From positions 124,001-188,000 of the forward strand of contig NZ_JMCB01000003.1 of NCBI RefSeq assembly GCF_000737315.1: a stretch of DNA of 64,000 bases, read 5' to 3'. The notes beneath the pieces are model-generated. The model had not been told where the DNA came from. It saw only the letters and a program-made list of their open reading frames with translations, and ran no database searches. Each line of letters starts with the position of its first letter. The first letter of the stretch is position 1. Source of the stretch: Hyalangium minutum. GTDB taxonomy: Bacteria; Myxococcota; Myxococcia; Myxococcales; Myxococcaceae. A program made the position numbers and the translations under genes. Below, in pieces: positions 1 to 9,207 of the stretch.

Positions 1-8
1 GGTGTCCC

Positions 9-2681
9 ATGTCTCAGGCAAGCACGCTGGCTCCCGCTCCCCTGGCGCCCGCCCCCTCAGTGCCGCCCTCCCCACGCCGGGGCCTCGGACAGCGGCTGAT
101 GCGGTGGTGGGAGCGGGCGCGTCAGGGGCCTTGGGGCAAGGTGGGCCGAGCCCTGCTCGTCCTGTTGCCGCTGATCCTGATGGCGGCGGCGGGCCGGACG
201 CTGGCGAAGGAGCTGGCTCAGCTCCGCTGGGAGCAGGTCGCGCTGGCGATGTCTGCCCTTCCGGGCTGGCGCGTGGGATTGGCCATGCTCGCCACCGCTG
301 GCAGCTACCTCGCGCTCACCTTATATGACGTGTTGGCGCTCCAGTACGTGGGCCGTCGACTGCCCTACCGGCGCGTCGGCCGCATCTCCTTCACCGCCTG
401 CGCTCTGGGGCACAGCATTGGCCTGTCGGTGCTCGGCAGCGGCTCGGTACGCCTGCGCCTCTACACGGATCAGGGGCTGTCCGTCGTCGAGGTGGCGCGC
501 ATCGCCGCCTTCACCTCGGCGACGTTCTGGACGGGCCTCCTGTTGGCCGGTGGGTTGTGCGTGGCGGTGTCTCCCGAGGCGCTCGCTTTTCTGCAAGTGT
601 CCTCCGGAACCGTGCGCGCCGTAGGAGTGGGGCTGCTGCTGCTCGTGGGGGGCTATGTCTGGGTCTGTGCCCTCGCTCACCGGAGGGCGGGCGCCCCGGG
701 CCTGCGCTCGCACCTGCCTCGGCCGTCCTTGGCGGTGAGGCAGGCGCTGGTCTCCAGCATGGACTGGATGATGGCGGCGCTCGTCCTCTACCTGCTGCTG
801 CCTGCGGAGTCGGGGCTGTCCCTGCCAGGCGTGGTGGCCCTCTTCGCCGCCGCGCAGTCGCTGGGGATTCTCAGCCAGGTTCCCGGCGGCCTGGGCGTGT
901 TCGAGTTCGTCATGGTCACCGCGCTCGCACCTCGGGTGCCCATGCCCGCGGTGCTCGGGGTGCTCGTCGTCTACCGCATGCTCTACTATGTGCTGCCGCT
1001 GGTGCTGGCCCTGGCACTGCTGGGGAATCACGAGCTCTCGCACCGGCGCGCGGAGTTCCGGCAGCTGTTGAACGGCGTGAGGGCCACGCTGGCGCCGCTC
1101 ATGCCTCCGCTGGCCGCGGCCGCGTGCTTCGTGGCGGGCGCGGTGCTCCTCTTCTCCGGTGTCACTCCGGCCGTACCCTCGCGGCTGGAGTTCCTCAGCC
1201 ACTTCGTGCCGCTGCCGCTGCTGGAGCTCTCACACCTGCTTGGGAGCCTCACGGGCATGGCCCTGCTGCTGCTGGCGCTGGGCCTCAAGCGTCAGCTGGA
1301 TGGGGCCTTCGTGTTGGTGCTCGGGCTGCTGCTGGCGGGCGGCGTGCTGTCCCTGCTCAAGGGAGGGGATTATGAGGAGGCAACGCTGCTCTTCACCACC
1401 GCGCTGGTGCTGACACCGTTCCGCTCCCGCTTCTACCGGCACGCCTCGTTGTTCGCCCAGCGCCTCAGTGTCTCCTGGCTGCTGGCGGTGCTCGCCGTGG
1501 TAGGGGCCTCGGTGGGGTTGGGCTTCTTCTCCTACCGGCACGTGGACTACAGCCACGAGCTCTGGTGGCAGTTCACCCTGGAGGGCGATGCGCCCCGCTT
1601 CCTTCGCGCCCTGGTGGGCATGCTGAGCCTGTCGCTGTTCTTTGGCATCGCCACGCTGCTGCAGCCCGCCGCCGCGCGCCCGCGCCTGCCGGGCGCCGTG
1701 GAGCTGGCCGTGGCCCGTCCCCTGGTGGCGCACGCCCCCGAGTCCTCCGCGCACCTGGCGCTGGTGGGAGACAAGGCGCTGCTCTTCAACGACACGCGCA
1801 CCTCCTTCCTCATGTACGGCGTGGCGGGGCGCAGCTGGGTGTCCATGGGCGATCCGGTGGGGCCGCCGGACGAGGCCACGGAGCTGGCGTGGCGCTTCCA
1901 CGAGCTGGCGGATCGGCACCACGGGTGGACCTGCTTCTACCAGGTGGGGCCCTCGGCGCTGCCGCGCTACCTGGACATGGGGCTGGCGCTGCTGAAGCTG
2001 GGCGAGGAGGCCACCGTGCCGCTGGGGGGCTTCCTCTTGGAGCTGCCCGAGTTCAAAGGCCTGCGCCACACGTGCCGCAAGCTGGAGAAGGAGGGGGTGA
2101 CCTTCGAGGTGTGCCCCGCCCAGCAGGTGCTGCCGCTGCTGCCAGAGCTGGAGTCCATCTCGCGCGCGTGGATGGACGAGAAGCAGACCCGCGAGAAGGG
2201 CTTCTCACTGGGCTTCTTCTGCCCGCGCTACCTCCGGGAGGGCCCCGTCGCGCTGGTGCGCCACCAGGGGCGCCTGGTGGCCTTTGCCAACATGTGGGTC
2301 CCGCTGTTGCGCGAGGAGTTCTCCGTGGACCTGATGCGCCACCGGCCCGAGGTCCCGCGCGGGGTGATGGACTTCCTCTTCACGCAGCTGATGCTGTGGG
2401 GGCGGGAGCAGGGCTACGAGCGCTTCAACCTGGGCATGGCGCCCTTCAGCGGGATGATGTCGCGCAGCCTGGCGCCGCTGTGGCACCGCCTGGGCACCTT
2501 TCTCTTCCGCCACGGTGAGCACTTCTACAACTTCCAGGGTCTGCGCCAATACAAGGAGAAGTTCCACCCGGTGTGGACGCCGCGCTATCTCGCCGCGCCG
2601 GGCGGGTGGGTGCTGCCTCGGGTGCTCGCGAACATCGCCACGCTTGTGTCGCGCGGCCTCACGGGAGCGGTGTCGAGATGA
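9..2681 (+). CDS. mprF: Bifunctional aminoacyl(lysyl)-phosphatidylglycerol flippase/synthase MprF
   Basis: 890 aa. The N-terminal ~550 aa are multi-TM. The C-terminal synthase domain has WVSMGDPVG, LKLGEEA, EKGFSLG, DLMR, FNLGMAP and FYNFQGLRQYKEKFHPVWTPRYL. Confidence 0.93.
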   Translation: MSQASTLAPAPLAPAPSVPPSPRRGLGQRLMRWWERARQGPWGKVGRALLVLLPLILMAAAGRTLAKELAQLRWEQVALAMSALPGWRVGLAMLATAGSYLALTLYDVLALQYVGRRLPYRRVGRISFTACALGHSIGLSVLGSGSVRLRLYTDQGLSVVEVARIAAFTSATFWTGLLLAGGLCVAVSPEALAFLQVSSGTVRAVGVGLLLLVGGYVWVCALAHRRAGAPGLRSHLPRPSLAVRQALVSSMDWMMAALVLYLLLPAESGLSLPGVVALFAAAQSLGILSQVPGGLGVFEFVMVTALAPRVPMPAVLGVLVVYRMLYYVLPLVLALALLGNHELSHRRAEFRQLLNGVRATLAPLMPPLAAAACFVAGAVLLFSGVTPAVPSRLEFLSHFVPLPLLELSHLLGSLTGMALLLLALGLKRQLDGAFVLVLGLLLAGGVLSLLKGGDYEEATLLFTTALVLTPFRSRFYRHASLFAQRLSVSWLLAVLAVVGASVGLGFFSYRHVDYSHELWWQFTLEGDAPRFLRALVGMLSLSLFFGIATLLQPAAARPRLPGAVELAVARPLVAHAPESSAHLALVGDKALLFNDTRTSFLMYGVAGRSWVSMGDPVGPPDEATELAWRFHELADRHHGWTCFYQVGPSALPRYLDMGLALLKLGEEATVPLGGFLLELPEFKGLRHTCRKLEKEGVTFEVCPAQQVLPLLPELESISRAWMDEKQTREKGFSLGFFCPRYLREGPVALVRHQGRLVAFANMWVPLLREEFSVDLMRHRPEVPRGVMDFLFTQLMLWGREQGYERFNLGMAPFSGMMSRSLAPLWHRLGTFLFRHGEHFYNFQGLRQYKEKFHPVWTPRYLAAPGGWVLPRVLANIATLVSRGLTGAVSR

Positions 2682-3385
2682 GAACCTCACGGTGGTGCGG
2701 TGTCCTCGCGGGCGCGCTGCTCGCGCTCACGGTCCAAGCGGCTTCCGGGCAGCCGCTCGAGCCCGTGGGAGATCTGCCCCTCGTCGAAGTGCCCGCGGCC
2801 ACGCCTTCATCCGACAGCTTCGCGCTCCTTCTCACGGGGGATGGAGGCTGGGCGCCTCTCGACAAGCACCTCGCAGCGGCGCTCAACACCCAGGGCATGT
2901 CCGTGGTGGGCTGGGACTCGCTGCGCTACTTCTGGAAGCGGCGGTCGCCCGAGGACACGGCGCGGGACGTGGGCCGGGCGATGGCGCACTACCTGACGGC
3001 GTGGGGGGCGCGGCGCGTGGTGCTCGTGGGTTACTCGCGCGGAGCGGATGTCCTCCCCGCCATCGTGGCCCGGCTCCCCTCGGAGCTGCGTGAGAAGGTG
3101 CGGCTGGTGGCGCTGGTGGCCCCCGGCCACAGCGCCGAGTTCGAGGTCCACGTCCTGGATCTGCTCGGCGGTGGAGGCGGGGACTACCCAGTGCTCCCCG
3201 AGGTGAAGGCACTCGGGGGGATGCCCGTGCTGTGCCTCTATGGAGACGAAGAGCTCAAGGAGAGCCTCTGTCCCAAGCTGTCCGAAGTGACGGGAGTCCA
3301 GGCGCTGAGGCTTCACGGAGGGCACCACTTTGACGGGAACTACACGCGTGTGGCCCGCGCCATCATCGACGCCTTGGGGCAGTGA
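2678..3385 (+). CDS. acvB: AcvB/VirJ-family secreted alpha/beta hydrolase (aminoacyl-PG hydrolase)
   Basis: ATGA overlap with the mprF stop, so start 2678 rather than 2573. Signal peptide, then LLTGDGGW, DSLRYFW, GYSRGAD nucleophile elbow and GGHHFDG. Confidence 0.85.
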   Translation: MRTSRWCGVLAGALLALTVQAASGQPLEPVGDLPLVEVPAATPSSDSFALLLTGDGGWAPLDKHLAAALNTQGMSVVGWDSLRYFWKRRSPEDTARDVGRAMAHYLTAWGARRVVLVGYSRGADVLPAIVARLPSELREKVRLVALVAPGHSAEFEVHVLDLLGGGGGDYPVLPEVKALGGMPVLCLYGDEELKESLCPKLSEVTGVQALRLHGGHHFDGNYTRVARAIIDALGQ

Positions 3386-3386
3386 G

Positions 3387-6260
3387 TCAGAAGGATCTCG
3401 ACAGGCCCAGGCGGACCTCGCGGCCGTACTGAGGCACGCTGGGGCGCTGGTAATCGGGGCTGATGGGCGTCAGCGCCCGCTCGTCGAGCAGGTTGTACAC
3501 GCCGCCGTAGTAGCGGAGCTGCCAGGGCTGGAACTGACCGGACATCACCAGGTTCATGTACAGCGACTGGGGAATGCGCCGCCCGCTGAAGTCGTAGCGG
3601 GCGCCGGTGAACACCAGCTCCGCGCCCGCAACCAGTCCCTGTTTCAGGATGGGGAGGCCGAAGCGCGCGGAGATGGCGTGCTCGGCCGAGTTCACCAGTT
3701 GCTGCTCGGTGGTCTCCTCATTTCCTTCCTCTCGAATCACCTGTCCGGGCTCATCGAGGCGGGTCTGCAGATAGCCGGAGAGGCTCACGAGCTGTCCCGT
3801 GCCCGGGGCGTAGCGCAGCTCGAACTCCGTGCCTCCCAAGCCGAAAGGCCCCGAGGCCGAGTACCGGTAGGGCGGCGTCGAGCCGGGCATGGTACGGACG
3901 ATGTCTCCGTAGGAGTTGAGGAACGCGCCGACGATGATGCTCGTCTCATCGCTCACGGTGTGCGTGTGCTCGAGCGCCAGGCTGAAGTGGCTCTCCGAGT
4001 TCAGCTCCGTGGGCCTGATCCGGTCGAAGGGCCGGAAATCGTACCGGAGCTCGCGCTCGCTGGGGCCTCGCCCGGTGACGCCCGAGGTGAACTTGAGGCT
4101 GCCGCCCTCGTAGGGCTTGCTGACGATGGCCAGCACCGGTGCCAGCTTGAAGACCTGATCGAACGCCCCGCGGGCCCGGAGGCTCTCGCGCACGGGGTTG
4201 ATGCGTGAGCCGAAGTGGAGGAGGAACCACGGCTTGGGCGCCCACTCGTAGCTGCCATAGAGCGTGAACTCGGTGCGCTGGCCAGGGTAGAGGTCCACCT
4301 TGGGGCCGTTGCCCGCTTGGAGTGTTCCGTCCAGGGACAACGACTGCTGGAGCGCTGTGCCCAGGATGATGCGGCTGGTGTTCGAGCGCGCCCACTCGAA
4401 CCGGACCTCTCCCGAGAGGCTCACCCCTTGGCCGGTCTCCGAGCCCTGAGACTCGGGGGCGGCGGTGGATGGCGTGCGCAACGAGTAGTCGCTCACGTCG
4501 AGCGCCACCCGCGACAGCAGGAAGCTGCCCCCGGGGTAGGTGCGGCTGTACTGCAGGGCCGCGAACCCCCGCAGATCCGTGGCCTGGACAGCCGAGGCTC
4601 CCGCCCAAAGGAAGCCGGTGGGGACCTGCTTGGTGCGGTGGATGAGCCCGGAGGTGAGCGCGAAATTCTTGTACCGCCCGAAGGCGAAGACGCGCTGAGA
4701 GGTCTCCAGGTCGGAGAGCAGCGTCTCCGTGGAAGGCAGGGGGAGCGGATCCCCGATCGAGCGCCCAGCTCCCGCCAGCACCACCAGCTCTCGCTCGCCG
4801 CTCTTGGTCGAGGCCATCGACTGGAAGTCCGCGCCGGGCAGGGTGTTGGCGCTCAGGCTGAAGCGCACGTGCACGCCGTCCTCGGGGCGCCGCGTCACCA
4901 CGTTGACGAGGCCGAGGAAGGCGGTGGTGCCGAAGACCATGCCCTCGCCGCGCACCACCTCGATGCGCTCCACCTGGGCCATGTCGATGCCCAGGTCCAT
5001 TCCGAGCGGGCCGTAGCCGCGGGCAATGTCGTTGAGAGGGTGCCCGTTGAGCAGCACGAGGATGCGTGCGTTGGCGTTCTCCGGCACGCCGAAGCCGCGC
5101 ATGCCCGCGGAGTCATAGAGCCGGTCGGTCCACACCTGGAGGCTGCGCACCGAGCGCAGGGCCTCGGCCACCGTGCGGTAGCCGAACAGGCGCAGCTCCT
5201 CGGCGGTGATGATGGTGGTGGATGCGGGCGCGTCCTCGAGGCGGATCTGCCGCTGGGTGGCACCGGCGACCTCCAGCCGCAGCGGCTTGAGCTTGGCCTC
5301 CACGGGGAGCAACTGCCGATCCTTCAGCTCCACCTCGGTGCGGAAGGGCTCGAGGCCCTCTTGGCGAACCTCCACCACGCGTCGTCCGGCATCGACGCCC
5401 TCGATGACGGCGGGGGTGAAGCCCACCTCCCGGTCATCCACCAGCACCACCGCGCCGTCGACGTTGGCCCGAACCACCAGGCTTCCGGTGAGCCGGGGCG
5501 CGGGGGGCTCGGGCACGAGCCGGAGCTCCACGGGGCGCGTCTGGTCCGCCACCACCTCGATATCCTCTAGGTCCGGGAGGAAGCCGGGCGCCACCACGCG
5601 CAGGAGCATGCGCCCGGGCCGCAGGTTCTTCACCTCTCCGGGGCCTGTCCGCAGCACCTCTCCGGTCTCCTCGAGCCGGATCTCGGCCTGCGGGGGCACG
5701 CCGCGGATGTCGAGCCCGCCCACGATGAGGGCCAGCTCGCCGGTGGCCAGCACCTCGCGCCCGCGTACCACCTCCACCTCGAGCTCGGCCGAGCGGTAGC
5801 CGTCGAGGTCCAGCAGGATGCGGTGGCGGCCAGGCTTGAGCGCCAGTGTCTTCGGGGTGGACCCGAGCGCCCCGAGATCTCGCCGGCCGACGAAGATGGA
5901 GGCACCAGGAGGGGTGGACTCCACGCGGACGAGGGCCAGCCTCGGGCGGAGGTAGGCGAGGGCCTGATCCACGTCCTTGCGCTCATCCTGGGGGAGGGGC
6001 TGCCGGGCGAGCTCGGAGTAGGCGCGGAAGGCCTCGTCGTAGAGCTGCAGCCGGCCCAGCGTGGAGGCGATGTTCAGCTGCACGTTCCGGTTGGGCACCA
6101 GCCGGTTGGACGCGTAGAACTCCTGAAGCGCGTCCTCGAAGCGGCCCTGGCGCTGGAAGGCGAGGCCCCGGCGGAAGTGGAACTCGGCCTCGTCCGCGAC
6201 ATCCGCACCCTGGGCCGCGCCAGCGATCAGCAGGAGGAGCAGGAGCAGCGCACGGCTCAT
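3387..6260 (-). CDS. TonB-dependent receptor with N-terminal TPR and PEGA domains
   Basis: 957 aa. Signal peptide, TPR helices (AEFHFRRG...), about three PEGA-like repeats (VESTPPGASIFV, VVRANVDGAVVLVD), plug (ASTTIITAEEL; RILVLLNG; VERIEVVRG) and barrel ending in Phe (VRLGLSRSF). Confidence 0.88.
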   Translation of the reverse strand: MSRALLLLLLLIAGAAQGADVADEAEFHFRRGLAFQRQGRFEDALQEFYASNRLVPNRNVQLNIASTLGRLQLYDEAFRAYSELARQPLPQDERKDVDQALAYLRPRLALVRVESTPPGASIFVGRRDLGALGSTPKTLALKPGRHRILLDLDGYRSAELEVEVVRGREVLATGELALIVGGLDIRGVPPQAEIRLEETGEVLRTGPGEVKNLRPGRMLLRVVAPGFLPDLEDIEVVADQTRPVELRLVPEPPAPRLTGSLVVRANVDGAVVLVDDREVGFTPAVIEGVDAGRRVVEVRQEGLEPFRTEVELKDRQLLPVEAKLKPLRLEVAGATQRQIRLEDAPASTTIITAEELRLFGYRTVAEALRSVRSLQVWTDRLYDSAGMRGFGVPENANARILVLLNGHPLNDIARGYGPLGMDLGIDMAQVERIEVVRGEGMVFGTTAFLGLVNVVTRRPEDGVHVRFSLSANTLPGADFQSMASTKSGERELVVLAGAGRSIGDPLPLPSTETLLSDLETSQRVFAFGRYKNFALTSGLIHRTKQVPTGFLWAGASAVQATDLRGFAALQYSRTYPGGSFLLSRVALDVSDYSLRTPSTAAPESQGSETGQGVSLSGEVRFEWARSNTSRIILGTALQQSLSLDGTLQAGNGPKVDLYPGQRTEFTLYGSYEWAPKPWFLLHFGSRINPVRESLRARGAFDQVFKLAPVLAIVSKPYEGGSLKFTSGVTGRGPSERELRYDFRPFDRIRPTELNSESHFSLALEHTHTVSDETSIIVGAFLNSYGDIVRTMPGSTPPYRYSASGPFGLGGTEFELRYAPGTGQLVSLSGYLQTRLDEPGQVIREEGNEETTEQQLVNSAEHAISARFGLPILKQGLVAGAELVFTGARYDFSGRRIPQSLYMNLVMSGQFQPWQLRYYGGVYNLLDERALTPISPDYQRPSVPQYGREVRLGLSRSF

Positions 6261-7957
6261 CGCTGGTCCATCGTCTTGCCGAAGGGGGTGCTGTTCGGGA
6301 GGGCGGCCTTGTTCAGCTTGACCTCCCGGGTGGCGCCCTCTTGCGGAACCAACTCGATGTCCTGGCTGGTGTAGCCCTTGAGGGAGAGGCTGAGCTTCAC
6401 CGGCTCGTTGGGAGTGAGCGCGAGCTTCATTGGCGTCTCCCCGAGGCTCTGGCCGTCTCGGCGCACGGTGGCACCCAGGGGCTTGCTGGTGACAGTGACG
6501 GTGACCTTCTTGAGGTTCAACGTGAACCTGAGCTCTGCGGACTCGCCCATCACGTGGGTGTGCTGGATCGACTCCAGGCCAGGGGCTTGGAGGGTGAGAG
6601 CGACGCGCGTGCCCGGCTGGATGGGAAGGGTGAGCGGCGTCTTGCCTTTGAAGTCGCCTCCCACGCGCACCTCGACCTCTGAGGGATGCGAGACGATCGT
6701 CAGCGTGGGGAGCTCCGCCGCCGCCGCCGGTGGGACGGGAGGCATGGGGACCGGCGGAGAGCCCGGGCGGGCCAGGAAGACAGCGCCGCCCGCGAGCATG
6801 AGAGCGAAGGCCCCGAAGAGCGCGAGTCGGCGCCCCTTGTGAGGGGCGTGCGGAGCGGTAGGAGACGGAGGGGCACTCGGCGCGGGCGCGTCGCTGGGAG
6901 GGAGCGCGCCGCGCTCGGGCGTCAGATAGGTGCGGGTGAGACCGGAAGGCTGAGGGGTCGCACCCGAGGGCGTGCGGACGAAGGTGCTATCGAGCCCCGT
7001 GTTGGGAGTGATCTCGGCACGCACCCGGGAGCGCTCTTTGTAATCGGGATAGGCGGAGCGCAGGAATGCCGCGAGGTGGGCCAGGGAGGAGGGCTGCTGG
7101 TTCTTGAGGAGCCAGTCCTCGAGGGCCAGGGCGAACTGGCTGGAGTTGGCGTAGCGGTCCTCGGGGCGGCGGGCGAGCGCGCGCATCACCACGGCATCCA
7201 GGTCCACCGTGCACGCAGGGTTCAGGGTGGAGGGCGGCGCGATGTTGGCCTCGCGGGCGGCCTTCAGCGTGCCAGGGTCCGAGTCGCGTTGCAGGGCCCG
7301 TTGGCCTGTGAGCAGCTCGTGGAGGACGAGGCCCAGGGAGAAGAGATCGCTGCGGGCATCGAGCGGCTCACCCTCGGCCTGCTCCGGCGACATATAGGCG
7401 AACTTGCCCTTGAGCTGGCCTGCGGCGGTGGTGTTGGCGGCGCGTCCTGCGGCCTTGGCGATGCCGAAGTCGATCAGCTTGACGGCGCCCTCGAAGCTCA
7501 CGAGGACATTGGAGGGCGAGACGTCGCGGTGGACGATGCCGAGCGGCTGGCCGCTGTCGTCGGTGAGCTCGTGGGCGTAGTGCAGGGCGGAGGCGGCATC
7601 CGCGATGATCCGGCAGGCGAGGGCAGGAGGGAGCCGGGCGCCGCGCTCGGCAAGGTGCTGCTGGAGCGAGCGGAGGTCGACGCCGGGCACATACTCCATG
7701 GCGAGGTAATGGGTCCCGGCGTGCTCGCCCAGCTCGAAGATCTGGCAGATGTGGGGGTGATTGAGCTGGGCGGCGATCCGAGCCTCGTCGAGGAACATGG
7801 TCATGAAGCCCTGGTCCCGGGACAGGTGGGCCAGGAGCATCTTGACGACGACGAGCTTCTGGAAGCCTTCGGCGCGGTTGCGAGCGAGGTAGAGCTGTCC
7901 CATGCCCCCGGTGGCGAGGGGCTGGAGCAGCTCGTAGTGGCCAAAAGGTTCGCCCAT
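6257..7957 (-). CDS. Membrane-anchored Hanks-type Ser/Thr protein kinase with C-terminal PEGA domains
   Basis: Kinase motifs are intact: ATGGMG, VVVK, HRDVSPSN, DFGIAK, GKFAYMSPEQ. Pro-rich linker, one TM (RRLALFGAFALMLAGGAVFL), two PEGA repeats. Start placed at ATG 7957. The stop overlaps the receptor start. Confidence 0.92.
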   Translation of the reverse strand: MGEPFGHYELLQPLATGGMGQLYLARNRAEGFQKLVVVKMLLAHLSRDQGFMTMFLDEARIAAQLNHPHICQIFELGEHAGTHYLAMEYVPGVDLRSLQQHLAERGARLPPALACRIIADAASALHYAHELTDDSGQPLGIVHRDVSPSNVLVSFEGAVKLIDFGIAKAAGRAANTTAAGQLKGKFAYMSPEQAEGEPLDARSDLFSLGLVLHELLTGQRALQRDSDPGTLKAAREANIAPPSTLNPACTVDLDAVVMRALARRPEDRYANSSQFALALEDWLLKNQQPSSLAHLAAFLRSAYPDYKERSRVRAEITPNTGLDSTFVRTPSGATPQPSGLTRTYLTPERGALPPSDAPAPSAPPSPTAPHAPHKGRRLALFGAFALMLAGGAVFLARPGSPPVPMPPVPPAAAAELPTLTIVSHPSEVEVRVGGDFKGKTPLTLPIQPGTRVALTLQAPGLESIQHTHVMGESAELRFTLNLKKVTVTVTSKPLGATVRRDGQSLGETPMKLALTPNEPVKLSLSLKGYTSQDIELVPQEGATREVKLNKAALPNSTPFGKTMDQR

Positions 7958-8008
7958 GAAGCGGGGGATTCTAAGCATTTCCGGGAATGGGACGCACCCT
8001 TCGACAGC

Positions 8009-9178
8009 TCAATGCGCGTTGGGCATGGTCTCGAACGGCCAAGGGCGTGCGGCGGCCGAGGGGCCTCTGCCACCCCCTGTGCGCTGGCCCAGCCAGAGAT
8101 CCGCGATCTGCTGGGCCAGCCGCCACGGTTCGCCGCCAGCACGGTTCGTCAGGACGATGACCGTGAGGTGCTGCGCGGGATACTTCACGATCGCGTTGGT
8201 GAAGCCCGAGGTCTCACCGTGGTGGGAGAGGCGCATACGGCCCTCGTCGTCATCGATGAACCACCCGAACCCGTAGCGCGCGGAGGAGCCATCCGGAAGC
8301 CGAGCGGGAGCCCAAGCGAGCTGCTGAGTGGTCTCAGGGATCAGCGCGTGCGTGTCCAAGGCCTTGTTCCAAGCCAGCAGCTCCACCACGGACGAGTAGA
8401 TCCCTCCATCGCCGAGAACGGCACTGGTGGGGCTCTGGTCCCGAGGACGGAAGCCCTGGGCTTCGGCGACGTAGCCGTAGGCGCGGTGAGGCACCGTCGA
8501 GATGCCCTCTTCGTGGGCGACAGTGGAGTGCATGCCGCTGGGAACGAAGACGCGGTCATGCAGGAAGGAGGCGAACGACATCCCGCTGACCTGCTCGACG
8601 ATGAGGGCGAGCACGGCGTACCCCGAATTGCTGTAGCGCACAGCGGTTCCGGGCGGGAAGTAGGTGTGGTCCACGCGGGAGAGGAGGGCGAGGACATCGC
8701 GATCCTTTACCTGCACGGTCTGGGTGCTGGGGACGAAGTCCTCATAGTCCCAGATTCCCGAGGTGTGATTGAGCAGATGTCGGACGCGGACCTCGCTCAA
8801 GTACGCGGGGAAGCCGGGGAGCACATCCACGACACGGTCGTCGTAGCGGAGCTTGCCCTGTTCGACGAGGAGCATGATCGCCATGGCGGTGAACTGCTTG
8901 GTGAGCGAGGCCAGGCGGTAGTGGGTCTCTGACGTGGTCGGTGTGCGCGACTCCAGCTTCGCCAGACCGTAGGTGCCGCGGAGGACCTCCTGCCCGTTCT
9001 GAATCACGATGAAACTGGCCCCGGGGCTGTCGGGCGAGGCATAGGCGCTGAAGATCGAGTCCACCTCGCGCCGCATGTCATCCTCGGGCGCGGTGGCACT
9101 GAAGGTGGATGCACAGCCAGCGAGCAGGGCACAGAGGGTGAGACTGGATACGGAGGTCGCGAGGGCAGGGGAGTGCAT
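8009..9178 (-). CDS. Serine hydrolase (beta-lactamase/class C PBP-like family) lipoprotein
   Basis: Lipobox LAGC; SxxK (SLTK), LLNHTSG, YSN and HHG motifs. Confidence 0.88.
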   Translation of the reverse strand: MHSPALATSVSSLTLCALLAGCASTFSATAPEDDMRREVDSIFSAYASPDSPGASFIVIQNGQEVLRGTYGLAKLESRTPTTSETHYRLASLTKQFTAMAIMLLVEQGKLRYDDRVVDVLPGFPAYLSEVRVRHLLNHTSGIWDYEDFVPSTQTVQVKDRDVLALLSRVDHTYFPPGTAVRYSNSGYAVLALIVEQVSGMSFASFLHDRVFVPSGMHSTVAHEEGISTVPHRAYGYVAEAQGFRPRDQSPTSAVLGDGGIYSSVVELLAWNKALDTHALIPETTQQLAWAPARLPDGSSARYGFGWFIDDDEGRMRLSHHGETSGFTNAIVKYPAQHLTVIVLTNRAGGEPWRLAQQIADLWLGQRTGGGRGPSAAARPWPFETMPNAH

Positions 9179-9207
9179 GGGGGCGAAGGGCTACCAGCGG
9201 AGCCCGG

